From IMG/VR virus record IMGVR_UViG_3300031784_000013, positions 32,001-96,000 of that record: 64,000 bases of DNA. One strand, given 5' to 3'. Every line of letters begins with the position of its first letter. Within the stretch, counting starts at the first letter, position 1. The notes below the pieces were generated by a model. The model saw only the letters and a list, made by a program, of their open reading frames with translations, searched no databases and was not told where the DNA came from. Positions 39,841 through 49,959 of the stretch are shown one piece after another. The stretch comes from a virus. Both the position numbers and the translations under genes were made by a program.

Positions 39841-40919
39841 GTTTTGAAACACTAAAGAAAGAAGTAGACAATGGTTTGAGTGGTAGGAATAATGGTATTC
39901 CTATGGGCTTCCATCGATTGAACAGGTATATAGGTATTCGTAAGCGAATGTATTTTGTAACAGGAGGTTTGACAGGCTCAGGCAAGACAAGCTTTGTAGA
40001 TGATGCATTTGTTTTGAATCCTTATGACTGGTATATCAGTCAGAAAGACCCAAAATTCAAGTTACGTATCATATATCGTTCAATGGAGCGCAGTAGAACA
40101 TACAAACTTGCTAAGTGGGTATGTAGAAAGATCTTTCTAGATCATGGCTATATCATTCCTGTAAGTAAGTTGTTAGGGTGGACTGATAAGATGACAAAGG
40201 ATGAACATGACATATTTCTATTGTATAAGGATTACATGGAACAAATGGATGATGTCATTACAATCATTGATGGTCCAGAGAATCCTGTTGGTATTGCTAA
40301 AGACTTAAAGAGTCATGCAATGAAGCACGGTGTGATTGAACAACTAGATGAGTACAACAAGATCTACATTCCAAATGATGAGAATGAAGTGACTATTGTT
40401 GTTGTAGATCACCTAGGATTGCTCAAGACTACCAAAGAACTCACTACCAAGAAACAAACCATTGACAAGATGAGTGATGAGTTGAGATATGCCAGAGACT
40501 TTTATGGCTACACTATTGTAGCTGTACAACAATTCAATCGTGACATATCAAATCCCATCAGAATCAAGAATGGTGATGTAGAACCACAACTAGAAGACTT
40601 CAAGGAGTCATCAGTACCTCAAGAGGATGCTGATGTTGTTCTTGCACTCTTCGATCCTATGAGATACAAGGTAGCTGATCCCAGTGGTTACAATCTTGAC
40701 AAACTGATTGATGAATATGGTGGTAAGTATTTTAGATCACTACGACTCATCAAGAACAGCTATGGTGAAGATGATGTAAGAATTGGTCTTGGCTTTCTTG
40801 GTCAGGTGGGTATGTTTAAGGAACTTCCCAAGAGGAAGGATATGACAGATGTAGATTATGAAAATGTTGTAAACAAAAGCTTTTTCTTAAATGATCAGCA
40901 TAGCTCAACATTGCGATAA
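39837..40919 (+). CDS. dnaB: DnaB-like replicative helicase
   Basis: GGLTGSGKT, SME, VVVDHLGL, QQFNR, DFKESS..QEDADVVLAL. Confidence 0.88.
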   Translation: MSFETLKKEVDNGLSGRNNGIPMGFHRLNRYIGIRKRMYFVTGGLTGSGKTSFVDDAFVLNPYDWYISQKDPKFKLRIIYRSMERSRTYKLAKWVCRKIFLDHGYIIPVSKLLGWTDKMTKDEHDIFLLYKDYMEQMDDVITIIDGPENPVGIAKDLKSHAMKHGVIEQLDEYNKIYIPNDENEVTIVVVDHLGLLKTTKELTTKKQTIDKMSDELRYARDFYGYTIVAVQQFNRDISNPIRIKNGDVEPQLEDFKESSVPQEDADVVLALFDPMRYKVADPSGYNLDKLIDEYGGKYFRSLRLIKNSYGEDDVRIGLGFLGQVGMFKELPKRKDMTDVDYENVVNKSFFLNDQHSSTLR

Positions 40920-41007
40920 ATGTAAAAACCTAACAAGTCACACACTCAAAGATGGTGTGATAGTATGCTTAAAATGTAAAAAACAAACCAAAACAATAAA
41001 ACTATGA
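40891..41007 (+). CDS. 38-aa zinc-ribbon peptide (not in ORF track)
   Basis: MISIAQHCDKCKNLTSHTLKDGVIVCLKCKKQTKTIKL*; its stop overlaps the next ATG. Confidence 0.5.
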   Translation: MISIAQHCDKCKNLTSHTLKDGVIVCLKCKKQTKTIKL

Positions 41008-41327
41008 ATGTTTACGAGAGTACACTAGAAAAATTACCAGACGTATTTACATCTCATCATTACTTAGGTGTGTTGAGAAAGTCAGACCTACCAATCAATG
41101 TGATTGAACAAGGTCATCATCTTGACTTTCTAGCAGAAAGATGTAAAAGATTAACTCCAAAAACATGGAGAAAAAGAATTTCAACACATAATGCAAAGTC
41201 TGCTGAAATTATTGTAACTGAGATTGAAAATAAAATAACTCCACAACCTTCTAAGGTTGAAGAAGCTATTTCTCTTCTAAAGTCAAACGGATACAAGATT
41301 TATAAAACAGAACTTGTTGAAGTGTAA
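41004..41327 (+). CDS. Hypothetical protein
   Basis: 107-aa ORF. Confidence 0.6.
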   Translation: MNVYESTLEKLPDVFTSHHYLGVLRKSDLPINVIEQGHHLDFLAERCKRLTPKTWRKRISTHNAKSAEIIVTEIENKITPQPSKVEEAISLLKSNGYKIYKTELVEV

Positions 41328-41329
41328 GA

Positions 41330-42424
41330 ATGACACTAAGAGATCAAAGACAATCTGAATTTGCCAAACAGTGGATTGATAGTGGAGAGTATGGTATTCT
41401 CTATTTATGTCCAAGGTTTGGTAAAATCAGAACGTCAATCAATGTGCTGAAGCATTATGATAAAGATTGTTCTGTTCTAGTTGCCTATCCAGACAATAAG
41501 ATTAAACAGTCCTGGTTGGATGATTTCGAAGCTCTTGGATACGATAATGAGAACATCACATTCACCACACACCTATCACTTAAGAAGTATACAGACAAGC
41601 TGTTTGACATTATTATCATTGATGAGATACATCTATTGTCTGAAGCTCAGATAGAAGTGTGTGAAGAGTTGTTTACAGACAACAAGAAAGTGCTTGGTCT
41701 CACTGGTACACTAGCAACATCCACTAGAATAGTTTTAGAAGATCGTCTTGCTCTGTATGTAAATGCTGAATATCCTTTAGCAAAGGCAATTGATGAAGGC
41801 ATCATTGTAGACTATGAAATCACTGTTGTAACAACACCTCTAGATATCATCACTAAACAGAACTATGGTGGTAAAGAAAGAACAGAGAAACAACAGTTTG
41901 ATAATTATACATGGGTGATTAACAAGATGCAGTCAGAATACAGAGATACAATGTTCTTACGACTAGCAAGAATGAGACTGATACAATCTTCTCTGGCAAA
42001 GGTAAATCTTACCAAGAAGCTGATTAGTAAGCATGCTGATGAAAGAATGTTGATATTCTGTGGAGTGACAAAGGTGGCTGATGGTTTAGGAATTCCTTCC
42101 TATCACAGCAAATCTAGCGAGAAGCAAATGTTTGCTGATTTCGCTGAGGGAAAGGGTAATCATATGGCTGTTGTGAAGATTGGCAACACAGGTGTGACAT
42201 ACAAACCCTTGAACCGTGTAGTTATAAACTACTTTGATAGCAATAGTGAGAACCTGGCTCAGAAGATACAGAGATGCACAGCAATGGAATACAATAACCC
42301 TGATAAAAAGGCTCAGATATACATCATATCTAGCAATGAGCAGGTGGAATTGAAGTGGTTGCAGAAGGCTTTAGAGTTCTTTGACAGGAGTAAAATTAAG
42401 TTTGTCGAGGCTAGGAATTTATAA
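41330..42424 (+). CDS. Superfamily 2 (DEAD/H-like) helicase
   Basis: Q motif LRDQRQ, CPRFGKI, DEIH, GLTGT, QKIQR. Confidence 0.8.
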   Translation: MTLRDQRQSEFAKQWIDSGEYGILYLCPRFGKIRTSINVLKHYDKDCSVLVAYPDNKIKQSWLDDFEALGYDNENITFTTHLSLKKYTDKLFDIIIIDEIHLLSEAQIEVCEELFTDNKKVLGLTGTLATSTRIVLEDRLALYVNAEYPLAKAIDEGIIVDYEITVVTTPLDIITKQNYGGKERTEKQQFDNYTWVINKMQSEYRDTMFLRLARMRLIQSSLAKVNLTKKLISKHADERMLIFCGVTKVADGLGIPSYHSKSSEKQMFADFAEGKGNHMAVVKIGNTGVTYKPLNRVVINYFDSNSENLAQKIQRCTAMEYNNPDKKAQIYIISSNEQVELKWLQKALEFFDRSKIKFVEARNL

Positions 42425-42477
42425 CCAAAAAAGTGTATATTTATAATGAAAAAAGTTAAAACCTAAAATTAAAGCAA

Positions 42478-43149
42478 ATGGCAAGTAAACTAATTGGTAT
42501 CGTAGGAGAGACCAGTACAGGAAAATCAACATCAATCAAACACTTAAATCCAGATGAGACGTACATCATCAACGTGGCTAAGAAAGAACTTCCTTTCAAG
42601 GGCTCTGAGAAGATGTACAATGCAGACAAGAAGAACTACAAGGAAGTGGATGACGCTAATGAAATCTCTAGGCTTCTAAAAACCATTTCTGAGAAAGCAC
42701 CACACATCAAGAACATTGTTATCGAAGACTCTAACTACATCATGGGTTTTACAATGGTGTCAAAAGCCACAGAAGTTGGCTATCAGAAGTTTTCAATTAT
42801 GGCAAAAGACATGGTTGATTTGTTTAGAACAGCAAGAATGCTCAGAGATGATATTGTTGTGTTCTATTTCACTCACCCAGAAGTGATTGAGGACAGTGGT
42901 GAAATCATTGGTTACAAAATTAAGACAGCTGGTAAGTTAATTGACAACCAGGTGTTGCTAGAAGGTTTGATGACTGTCTGTTTGTACACTCTTGTAGAAG
43001 AGCAGAAGGATGGTACAGCGTCTTACAACTTCATCACCAATAGATTTAGAAAGATGCCAGCAAAATCACCAGCAGGTATGTTTGCTGACTTAAAGATTCC
43101 AAACAACCTACAGGTTGTAGTGGATAGTGTAAATGAGTATTATAAATAA
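42478..43149 (+). CDS. P-loop AAA ATPase (AAA_24/Sak4-like)
   Basis: GETSTGKST, IVIED, AKSPAGMF. Confidence 0.8.
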   Translation: MASKLIGIVGETSTGKSTSIKHLNPDETYIINVAKKELPFKGSEKMYNADKKNYKEVDDANEISRLLKTISEKAPHIKNIVIEDSNYIMGFTMVSKATEVGYQKFSIMAKDMVDLFRTARMLRDDIVVFYFTHPEVIEDSGEIIGYKIKTAGKLIDNQVLLEGLMTVCLYTLVEEQKDGTASYNFITNRFRKMPAKSPAGMFADLKIPNNLQVVVDSVNEYYK

Positions 43150-43171
43150 AAACAACTAAACAATTAAAGCT

Positions 43172-44065
43172 ATGTCAGGAATTGGCGGATCAAAAAGAGA
43201 AAGAAAAGAAGGTGGAAACGATTTTCCAAAGAAAGTAGGTTTGTTTGAGGCTAGTGTGATTGCAATCAATCCCACAATTGAACAATACAAAGACATTCTT
43301 GGAATCGAACTAAAAGAAGATAGCAAAGCAACTGAATATCTTGGTGAGAGCAGAGATGGTAATACCACTATAAGAATTAGTGTGTGGTTGAAAGATGTTA
43401 AATCTGGACAGAATTTTAACATCAATTACTTTCTAGAAGATAAGGAGCGTGAGAACAAAGATGGAACCAAGAAGCAATATATTAATCAAATAGGACTTTG
43501 CGCTTGGGCTGCTGATGAAGATGGTCTTGCACAATGGTTCAAAGGCACTCCTGGAAATGAGAAAGATTTCAGAGTGGCTTATGTTGGTGAAGAAGAGTTT
43601 TATGAATTCTTGCGTAACTGGTTGTGTGAACTAGACTATAGTAGAAATGACACCACTCTATCACTAGATTGGAAGAAGCTCATCAGAGGTAATGTGAAAG
43701 AAATCTCTTCACAGATCAACGGTGAGTGGTGTGGAAACTTTGTAGCAATGGCTACAATAACTACAAGAGAGAAAGATGGTGAAGTGAAAGAATATCAGAG
43801 CGTCTACAACAAAGCGTTTCTTCCAGCATATTCTTTGAAGCAATTCAGACTAAAGGAGAATGATTACAACGATCAGTCTCGTGTAAACTCATTGCTATCT
43901 AAGAAGTCAAAAGATCTTCGTCCACACGAAAGATTTGTTGTGAAGATTACTGGTGAGTATGGTTGCAAAGACTACTATACATTCAAAGATTTGCATGACT
44001 ATGATCCAGAGCAAAACTTGGTTGCATCAGACAAAGTAATTGCTGATGATGATGCTGATTATTGA
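43172..44065 (+). CDS. Putative single-stranded DNA-binding protein
   Basis: Follows the AAA gene; SVIAINPT motif; acidic aromatic tail IADDDADY; followed by a terminator. Confidence 0.5.
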   Translation: MSGIGGSKRERKEGGNDFPKKVGLFEASVIAINPTIEQYKDILGIELKEDSKATEYLGESRDGNTTIRISVWLKDVKSGQNFNINYFLEDKERENKDGTKKQYINQIGLCAWAADEDGLAQWFKGTPGNEKDFRVAYVGEEEFYEFLRNWLCELDYSRNDTTLSLDWKKLIRGNVKEISSQINGEWCGNFVAMATITTREKDGEVKEYQSVYNKAFLPAYSLKQFRLKENDYNDQSRVNSLLSKKSKDLRPHERFVVKITGEYGCKDYYTFKDLHDYDPEQNLVASDKVIADDDADY

Positions 44066-44084
44066 TAAATAATCTTTTATATTC

Positions 44085-44113
44085 AAGGCTCTCAGAAATG
44101 GGAGCCTTTTTTA
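44085..44113 (+). terminator. Intrinsic terminator
   Basis: AGGCTCTCA-gaaa-TGGGAGCCT followed by TTTTT. Confidence 0.8.
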
Positions 44114-44123
44114 TTTACACACT

Positions 44124-44516
44124 ATGGCAAAAGTAATTTGGATACCTGGAAGCATTGGGGAGCTACTTGATAAAGTGAGCATCCTCAACATTAAACGTGT
44201 CATGATCACAGACACAGAGAAGCTAGCAATGGTAAAGGATGAGCTACAAGAACTAATGGATGTAGCCAATCCTTTTTTAGAAAACAAAGATGTGGAAGAG
44301 CTCTATGATCTTCTCCTAATGGTTAACAAGAATCTCTGGGATGTAGAAGATGTCCTGAGAAAGATGGAAGCTGATAAACAATTTGACGAAGAATTTATTG
44401 CGAAAGCCAGAAGTGTCTATTTCCTTAACGACAGACGATTTGAACTGAAAAGTAAGATCAACACTGTTATGGGATCTAGAATAAACGAGGTGAAACAATA
44501 CGTTCAATATCAATGA
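44124..44516 (+). CDS. DUF6165-like protein
   Basis: SIGELLDKVSILNIK...VNKNLWDVEDVLR...EFIAKARSVYFLNDRRFELKSKIN...EVKQY. Confidence 0.7.
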   Translation: MAKVIWIPGSIGELLDKVSILNIKRVMITDTEKLAMVKDELQELMDVANPFLENKDVEELYDLLLMVNKNLWDVEDVLRKMEADKQFDEEFIAKARSVYFLNDRRFELKSKINTVMGSRINEVKQYVQYQ

Positions 44517-45529
44517 TTACTGGAGAAAAAAAGAGAAAGACAGAACCTTTGAACATTTCAACGATACTATCTAAAATATCTGAGTATGATATATTTAGGT
44601 GGTATATGCCAAACAAGAAATGGGAAATAAACAGAGCCACATATTCTCCATTCAGAAACGAATCTCGTCCCTCATTTGCTATTTATTCCAAAGACAATAA
44701 ACTCTTTTACATAGATCACTCAGATCCTCACTACAGAGGTAATTGCTTCAACTTTGTTATGCAATTATTCAATGTTAGCCTTACAGAGTGTTTTGAGATG
44801 ATTGATAGAGACTTTAACCTAGGAATAAAGAATAACAAGAGGGAAGATTTACCTGACCACACAGAGATAGTATCTAAATACGAACAGCCTGAGAAATTGG
44901 AAAAGAAGTATTCACACATACAAGTGATAACTAGAAAGTTAACAAACGAAGAGCTTGCGTATTGGAATGAATACTATCAAGATGTGGAAGATCTGAAGGA
45001 AAACAATATCTACTCGATCAAGAAGCTGTATCTGAATAGAAAAATAATCCACCTCAAAGAAACTGAGTTGAGGTTTGGTTATTTCTATGATGGTCATTGG
45101 AAGATCTACAGACCTTTCAATAAAGACTTCAAATGGTTTCCTAACAACACACCAATCACTACAATGGATGGGAAAGATAATCTTGAACCAGACCAACCTG
45201 CTTTCATTAACAAGAGCAAGAAGGACTATATGGTGATGAGAAAAATCTATCCACACACATGCGCTGTTCAGAATGAAGGTGTTGCTTGCTTCTCTCAAGA
45301 GAATGTAGATTATCTAAAACACTACTCAAGCAAACAGATTCTTTCTTTTGACAGCGATGTGGCTGGTGTGAAGAACTCTAAGATGGTAACAGAGATGTTC
45401 AACTTTGACTATTGTAATGTACCAAGGTATTATCTACAAGAAGGTATCAAAGACTGGGCAGACTTGGCAAAGAAGTATGGACTACAAATTATCGAACACT
45501 ATTTAAAACAACAATTTATAATACCATGA
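44513..45529 (+). CDS. DNA primase (DnaG-like, crAss-type)
   Basis: SPFRNESRPSF N-domain; TOPRIM-like KSKKD, FDSDVAG and KDWAD. Confidence 0.8.
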   Translation: MITGEKKRKTEPLNISTILSKISEYDIFRWYMPNKKWEINRATYSPFRNESRPSFAIYSKDNKLFYIDHSDPHYRGNCFNFVMQLFNVSLTECFEMIDRDFNLGIKNNKREDLPDHTEIVSKYEQPEKLEKKYSHIQVITRKLTNEELAYWNEYYQDVEDLKENNIYSIKKLYLNRKIIHLKETELRFGYFYDGHWKIYRPFNKDFKWFPNNTPITTMDGKDNLEPDQPAFINKSKKDYMVMRKIYPHTCAVQNEGVACFSQENVDYLKHYSSKQILSFDSDVAGVKNSKMVTEMFNFDYCNVPRYYLQEGIKDWADLAKKYGLQIIEHYLKQQFIIP

Positions 45530-45723
45530 ACACAGAAGAAAGACTATTAGAATTAAGAAGATGGTGCAGAGAAAAAGCATCACACTGTCCAAAGTTAAAA
45601 CACGACATCATGGATCTTTATGATCTTGCTGTGATGGAGATTGAAGATGGGTCATCAGCAACTCATGAAATAAGCCTATGCATGTCAGACGTAGAAGAAT
45701 TAATCAAAGAAAACTGTAATTAA
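45526..45723 (+). CDS. Hypothetical protein
   Basis: 65-aa coupled ORF. Confidence 0.55.
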   Translation: MNTEERLLELRRWCREKASHCPKLKHDIMDLYDLAVMEIEDGSSATHEISLCMSDVEELIKENCN

Positions 45724-45724
45724 A

Positions 45725-46534
45725 ATGTCAAACAAAACTTATTCAACAACAAAGTATTTTCTCACAGGTACGGAACTTCCAAAAGAAACAAGAACATACA
45801 AGCCTGTTTCGCACGGTCAACTAATTGACCTCACCCTGGAGAGCATTCATCAAGCAGGATTTAAGCTTGATACAGAAACCTACTCAGCTGCAAGGGAAGG
45901 TAATATTGCCAATGGCAAGTTTACTATCAGCAACGTAGCTGATAAAGAAATGCAGCTACAGATTGGCTGGCAGAACAGCTATGACAAGAGCTTGAGCTTG
46001 AAGTTTGCTATTGGTACACAAATCTTTATTTGCCAGAATGGTATGGTGAGTGGTGACTATGGTGCATTTAAGAAGAAGCATCAAGGAGATGTGCAAGAGT
46101 TTACACCAGCTGCTATTGTAGAATACATTAAGTCTGCTGGTGATGGATTCAGAAAGATGCAGGATGATCGTGAGCTCATGAAGCATGTACAGATTGATGC
46201 TCGTGTAACAGCTGAACTTGTAGGAAGAATGATTCTTGAGAAAGAATTCATTGAGTCTACACAGCTAAACATCATCAAGCGTGAGTTGAGTAAACCAACA
46301 CATGATTATGGTGCTCCTCAGAGTTTGTGGGAGTTGTATCAGTACACTACGTATGCTATGAAGGATGTACATCCAACACTATGGATGGGTAATCACATTG
46401 ATGCTCATGATTTCTTCGTGACAGCCACTGGTGAACTAAAGAGTAAATCAATTAATATAGGATTTGAAGCGTCTCCAACTAGGAGACAGTTGACAATCTT
46501 TGACCAATTACAAGAAGCAGATGTTGTGGGATAA
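45725..46534 (+). CDS. DUF932/DUF945-like protein
   Basis: YKPVSH, NSYDKS..FAIG..FICQNGM, KKH, SLWELYQ. Confidence 0.7.
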   Translation: MSNKTYSTTKYFLTGTELPKETRTYKPVSHGQLIDLTLESIHQAGFKLDTETYSAAREGNIANGKFTISNVADKEMQLQIGWQNSYDKSLSLKFAIGTQIFICQNGMVSGDYGAFKKKHQGDVQEFTPAAIVEYIKSAGDGFRKMQDDRELMKHVQIDARVTAELVGRMILEKEFIESTQLNIIKRELSKPTHDYGAPQSLWELYQYTTYAMKDVHPTLWMGNHIDAHDFFVTATGELKSKSINIGFEASPTRRQLTIFDQLQEADVVG

Positions 46535-47240
46535 ATTCAAAGACTACTTTCATGAGAGCTGGCATGAATCAATTCGTCCATTCATAGAAAGTAAGCAGTG
46601 TGATGAAATCTACGCATATCTAAAAGCAGAATCTAGGAGGGGTAAGAAAATTGCCCCTCTTTCTTCTGATACCTATCGATGTTTTAAAGAAACACCGTTA
46701 GATAAGATGAAGGTAGTTCTACTAGGTATGTGTCCCTATCACACACAGTTCAACGGTGTACCAGTAGCAGATGGTTTGTTGATGGGGTGTTCTACTACAG
46801 GTAAGTTGCAACCATCTCTAGAACAGTTTTACAATGCTGTAGAGAAAGATTGTTACAAAGGACTAAATCTGAAATACAAGAAGAATCCTAATGTAATGTA
46901 TTTAGCAGATCAAGGAGTGCTTATGTTTAACGCAGCTCTCACTACAGAGATTAATAAAGCTGGTTCTCATTTGAAAATCTGGGAACCGTTTATCAAACAT
47001 GTATTTGAGGGACCAATTGCTAATAGCAGAGTGCCAGTGGTATTCCTTGGTAAAGAGGCAAGTAAGTTCAAAAGATTTATGGGCCCTTTGACATGGAGTT
47101 TTGAGCTGAGTCACCCAGCCAGTGCTTCTTACAAGAACTCTGAATGGGATTCAGAAGGTGTATTCACTAAGGTGAATAGAATATTACAAGATGAAAAGAA
47201 AACACCAATCTATTGGTTGGATGAAGATTTACCATTTTAA
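46521..47240 (+). CDS. ung: Uracil-DNA glycosylase family-1 homologue with altered catalytic motif
   Basis: TPLDKMKVVLLGMCPYH (canonical GQDPYH), QPSL, LADQGVLMFNAALT, SHPAS. Confidence 0.8.
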   Translation: MLWDKFKDYFHESWHESIRPFIESKQCDEIYAYLKAESRRGKKIAPLSSDTYRCFKETPLDKMKVVLLGMCPYHTQFNGVPVADGLLMGCSTTGKLQPSLEQFYNAVEKDCYKGLNLKYKKNPNVMYLADQGVLMFNAALTTEINKAGSHLKIWEPFIKHVFEGPIANSRVPVVFLGKEASKFKRFMGPLTWSFELSHPASASYKNSEWDSEGVFTKVNRILQDEKKTPIYWLDEDLPF

Positions 47241-47250
47241 ATAAACACAC

Positions 47251-47553
47251 ATGTTAACAGAACTAATTAATCCAGAAGACCTAGAGCCAGGAGATGTAAT
47301 CATCTATCCTTCTCTAACTGAAATGAGAACAGCAAAGATTGTAAAGAGGCCTACTAAAACTACTAGAACTTATGGTGGTATTCAATATCATTATTATAAG
47401 ACAACTAGATGTCTAGTAAACGTGGAATATAAACCAATTCCTGGGCATAATCCACAGAATCGTACATACGGACAGCAACAGTTTAGTATTGACGAGTTCA
47501 ATGTAACCAAGTATATACGAATTTGTAATCCTGTACTTAAAGTGATTGGGTAA
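47251..47553 (+). CDS. Hypothetical protein
   Basis: 100-aa ORF. Confidence 0.6.
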   Translation: MLTELINPEDLEPGDVIIYPSLTEMRTAKIVKRPTKTTRTYGGIQYHYYKTTRCLVNVEYKPIPGHNPQNRTYGQQQFSIDEFNVTKYIRICNPVLKVIG

Positions 47554-47573
47554 TAATTTTAAATTTTAAAGTA

Positions 47574-49898
47574 ATGATATTAGAAAAGCAAAAAGAAGCA
47601 ATGATTGTCACTGATGGTGACGAAATGAACGACTCAATTGGAATGTCACTAGACTTGGATTCTGCTCAGATTTTGATGCAGATGTTAAGTAAGAATCTTT
47701 ATTCAGATTCAATAGGCTCAACTATCAGAGAGTGCGCTAGTAATGCACTAGATAGCCACAGACGAGCTGGAGTGAAAGATCCAATTGTTGTCAGTCTCAG
47801 AATGAACAACAGCCAAAACTATGAATTCTCTGTAGAGGATTTTGGTGTTGGTCTGAATGATGATGATGTAAAGAACATCATTAGTAAGTATGGTAAGAGT
47901 ACAAAGCGTAACTCTAATACAGAATTGGGCATGATGGGTCTTGGCTTCAAGGCCCCTCTTGCTTATTCATCTAGTTTCTATTTCATCTGTCGAAAAGATG
48001 GGATAGAGCGTAAGTATATGATGTACGAAGGTGAAGACACAAATACTATCGATCGTCTGTATGAAAGACCTACAGCTGAAAGAGATGGTGTTAAGGTGAT
48101 TGTTCCAGTGAAATGGAGTGATAGAGAACAGTTCTTCAGAAAGATGAAAGAGCAACTTGCATACTTCGAAGATGTATATTTTGATGCTAATGTAGGTAGT
48201 CATGTGATTGATAATAATTTTACAATCTATCGTGGTGAACAATTTCAGTATTCTCAGCTAGCAAGTGATGAATATCTTCACATCTGCTTGGACAATGTCT
48301 ACTATCCAATAGACTTTAGTAAGCTAGAAATTCCTAAGCTAGAGTTTCCTGTAGCGTTGAGGTTCAGTTTGACAGATGGGATATTCCCTACACCAAACAG
48401 AGAAGCAATCAGATATACGCAAGAAGCTAAGCAGATGATTATGGATAGGCTTGCAGAGATGTCAGACTTCTTTGTGAACAAGTATAATGATCAGATGACT
48501 GCTTGTAAAACTTTTCAGCAAGTAAAGGAGTATTATGACTCTTCTAAAAGAACTGTTGAGGTTATTCCAGGTGTGAAGTTGAATGTTGGTTATCTTTCTG
48601 TATTTAGTAATATCGTAATCAACAAGCCTCAAATGGAAGGTGTTAAACATCTAGATCTTGAGAAGCTTGTAAAGAATGACGACTATATACTAAAAGAGTA
48701 TAAGGTGACACAAACTTTCAACAGGGGTAAGTTTAGAGAATCAAAAGGTAGCTGGGATTCTGATGTACATCTAATGAGCATTAATTTGGACGATAATAAA
48801 AATGCTTATTTGTATTCATCAAAGTTATCAGAAACTAAGAAAGCTTATTTGAGAACAGCTCTACCAACTAACTGGGGTCGCACGTATTATTTCATCAGAA
48901 AAAGCACGTCTTTCAAGTTGTTTCCAAAGGCTGGTAACATGGGTGCCTATGACAACTACTACAAGATTCTTAATCTCAGAGCTATTGATAGAAAGTATTG
49001 GAGAGAGGCTATTGTAGAGTTTCAGAAAATCATCGATAGTATCACTTCTGGATTTCTTGATTTGGATGCTATAGTTGTTCCAGATAGTTTTCTTCAGACT
49101 AGAAGACAGAGCTCTAGTAGAGTGGCTGCAACTAGACGTGAGAAGATGGATGGTGACATCATCGTTAAAAAGGCTGCTCCTCTAGAAAGATATGTTGAGG
49201 GTAAAGAATGCAAGTTTGTTACAGATACATGGAGATTGAAAGACATTCCCAAAATGGGAACTCTAGTAGTTTATGGTAGCCATGATGATGCTCCAAAGCT
49301 TGATCACGTATATGCTGTTTCACATGGAAAGCAAAAGCTTCAAGTGATTACACTATCAGCAAGAGAAATGAAAGTGCTAGAAGAGCTAGAGTTTAAAAAT
49401 GTAATGTCTTATTCAAAATTTATGGAAGGTGATAACAAACCATTTAGACGTATTGTCACAGCATATTTGATCAACGAACTATGCCTACAGAATTCCTACT
49501 TGTTTGGTAGGACAAACATTCTTAGACAGGTGTCTAAAGAATTAGCTGATAGACTAGACGCATTGGATACTTATAAACACAAAAACTACGTTTCTAGTAG
49601 CAAATATGTATATGATGCCATGCTTGAAGTAGCTAAGCAGAACAACTTGTTTGATCATTCCATTTATTCAGAATATCTAAGTATTAAGACTATTCTTGAT
49701 AACTTGTATTTCCTGAACACTATATTCTCTATGATTAGAGGATCTAGTTACTATGGTGATGGTACAACAGATCAAGTTAGAATTATAGTGGACCTAATGA
49801 AATATCACAAAATGAGAGTTAATCTGGAACACTATTCTAAACCAAAACTTGAAGAAAAAGTAGAGGAAGAATTATTAGAATCACTTGAAAATCAGTAA
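47574..49898 (+). CDS. rIIA-like protein (GHKL/Hsp90-type ATPase N-domain)
   Basis: LYSD..IRECASNALDSH, EDFGVGL, STKRNSN..GMMGLGFKAP, PNREAI. Confidence 0.8.
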   Translation: MILEKQKEAMIVTDGDEMNDSIGMSLDLDSAQILMQMLSKNLYSDSIGSTIRECASNALDSHRRAGVKDPIVVSLRMNNSQNYEFSVEDFGVGLNDDDVKNIISKYGKSTKRNSNTELGMMGLGFKAPLAYSSSFYFICRKDGIERKYMMYEGEDTNTIDRLYERPTAERDGVKVIVPVKWSDREQFFRKMKEQLAYFEDVYFDANVGSHVIDNNFTIYRGEQFQYSQLASDEYLHICLDNVYYPIDFSKLEIPKLEFPVALRFSLTDGIFPTPNREAIRYTQEAKQMIMDRLAEMSDFFVNKYNDQMTACKTFQQVKEYYDSSKRTVEVIPGVKLNVGYLSVFSNIVINKPQMEGVKHLDLEKLVKNDDYILKEYKVTQTFNRGKFRESKGSWDSDVHLMSINLDDNKNAYLYSSKLSETKKAYLRTALPTNWGRTYYFIRKSTSFKLFPKAGNMGAYDNYYKILNLRAIDRKYWREAIVEFQKIIDSITSGFLDLDAIVVPDSFLQTRRQSSSRVAATRREKMDGDIIVKKAAPLERYVEGKECKFVTDTWRLKDIPKMGTLVVYGSHDDAPKLDHVYAVSHGKQKLQVITLSAREMKVLEELEFKNVMSYSKFMEGDNKPFRRIVTAYLINELCLQNSYLFGRTNILRQVSKELADRLDALDTYKHKNYVSSSKYVYDAMLEVAKQNNLFDHSIYSEYLSIKTILDNLYFLNTIFSMIRGSSYYGDGTTDQVRIIVDLMKYHKMRVNLEHYSKPKLEEKVEEELLESLENQ

Positions 49899-49900
49899 AT

Positions 49901-49928
49901 TAAGGGAGGATTTGATCCTCCCTTTTTC
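49901..49928 (+). terminator. Intrinsic terminator
   Basis: AAGGGAGGAT-ttg-ATCCTCCCTT followed by TTT. Confidence 0.75.
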
Positions 49929-49959
49929 ATTTAAAACCAAATAATTAAAAGCAAAAACT

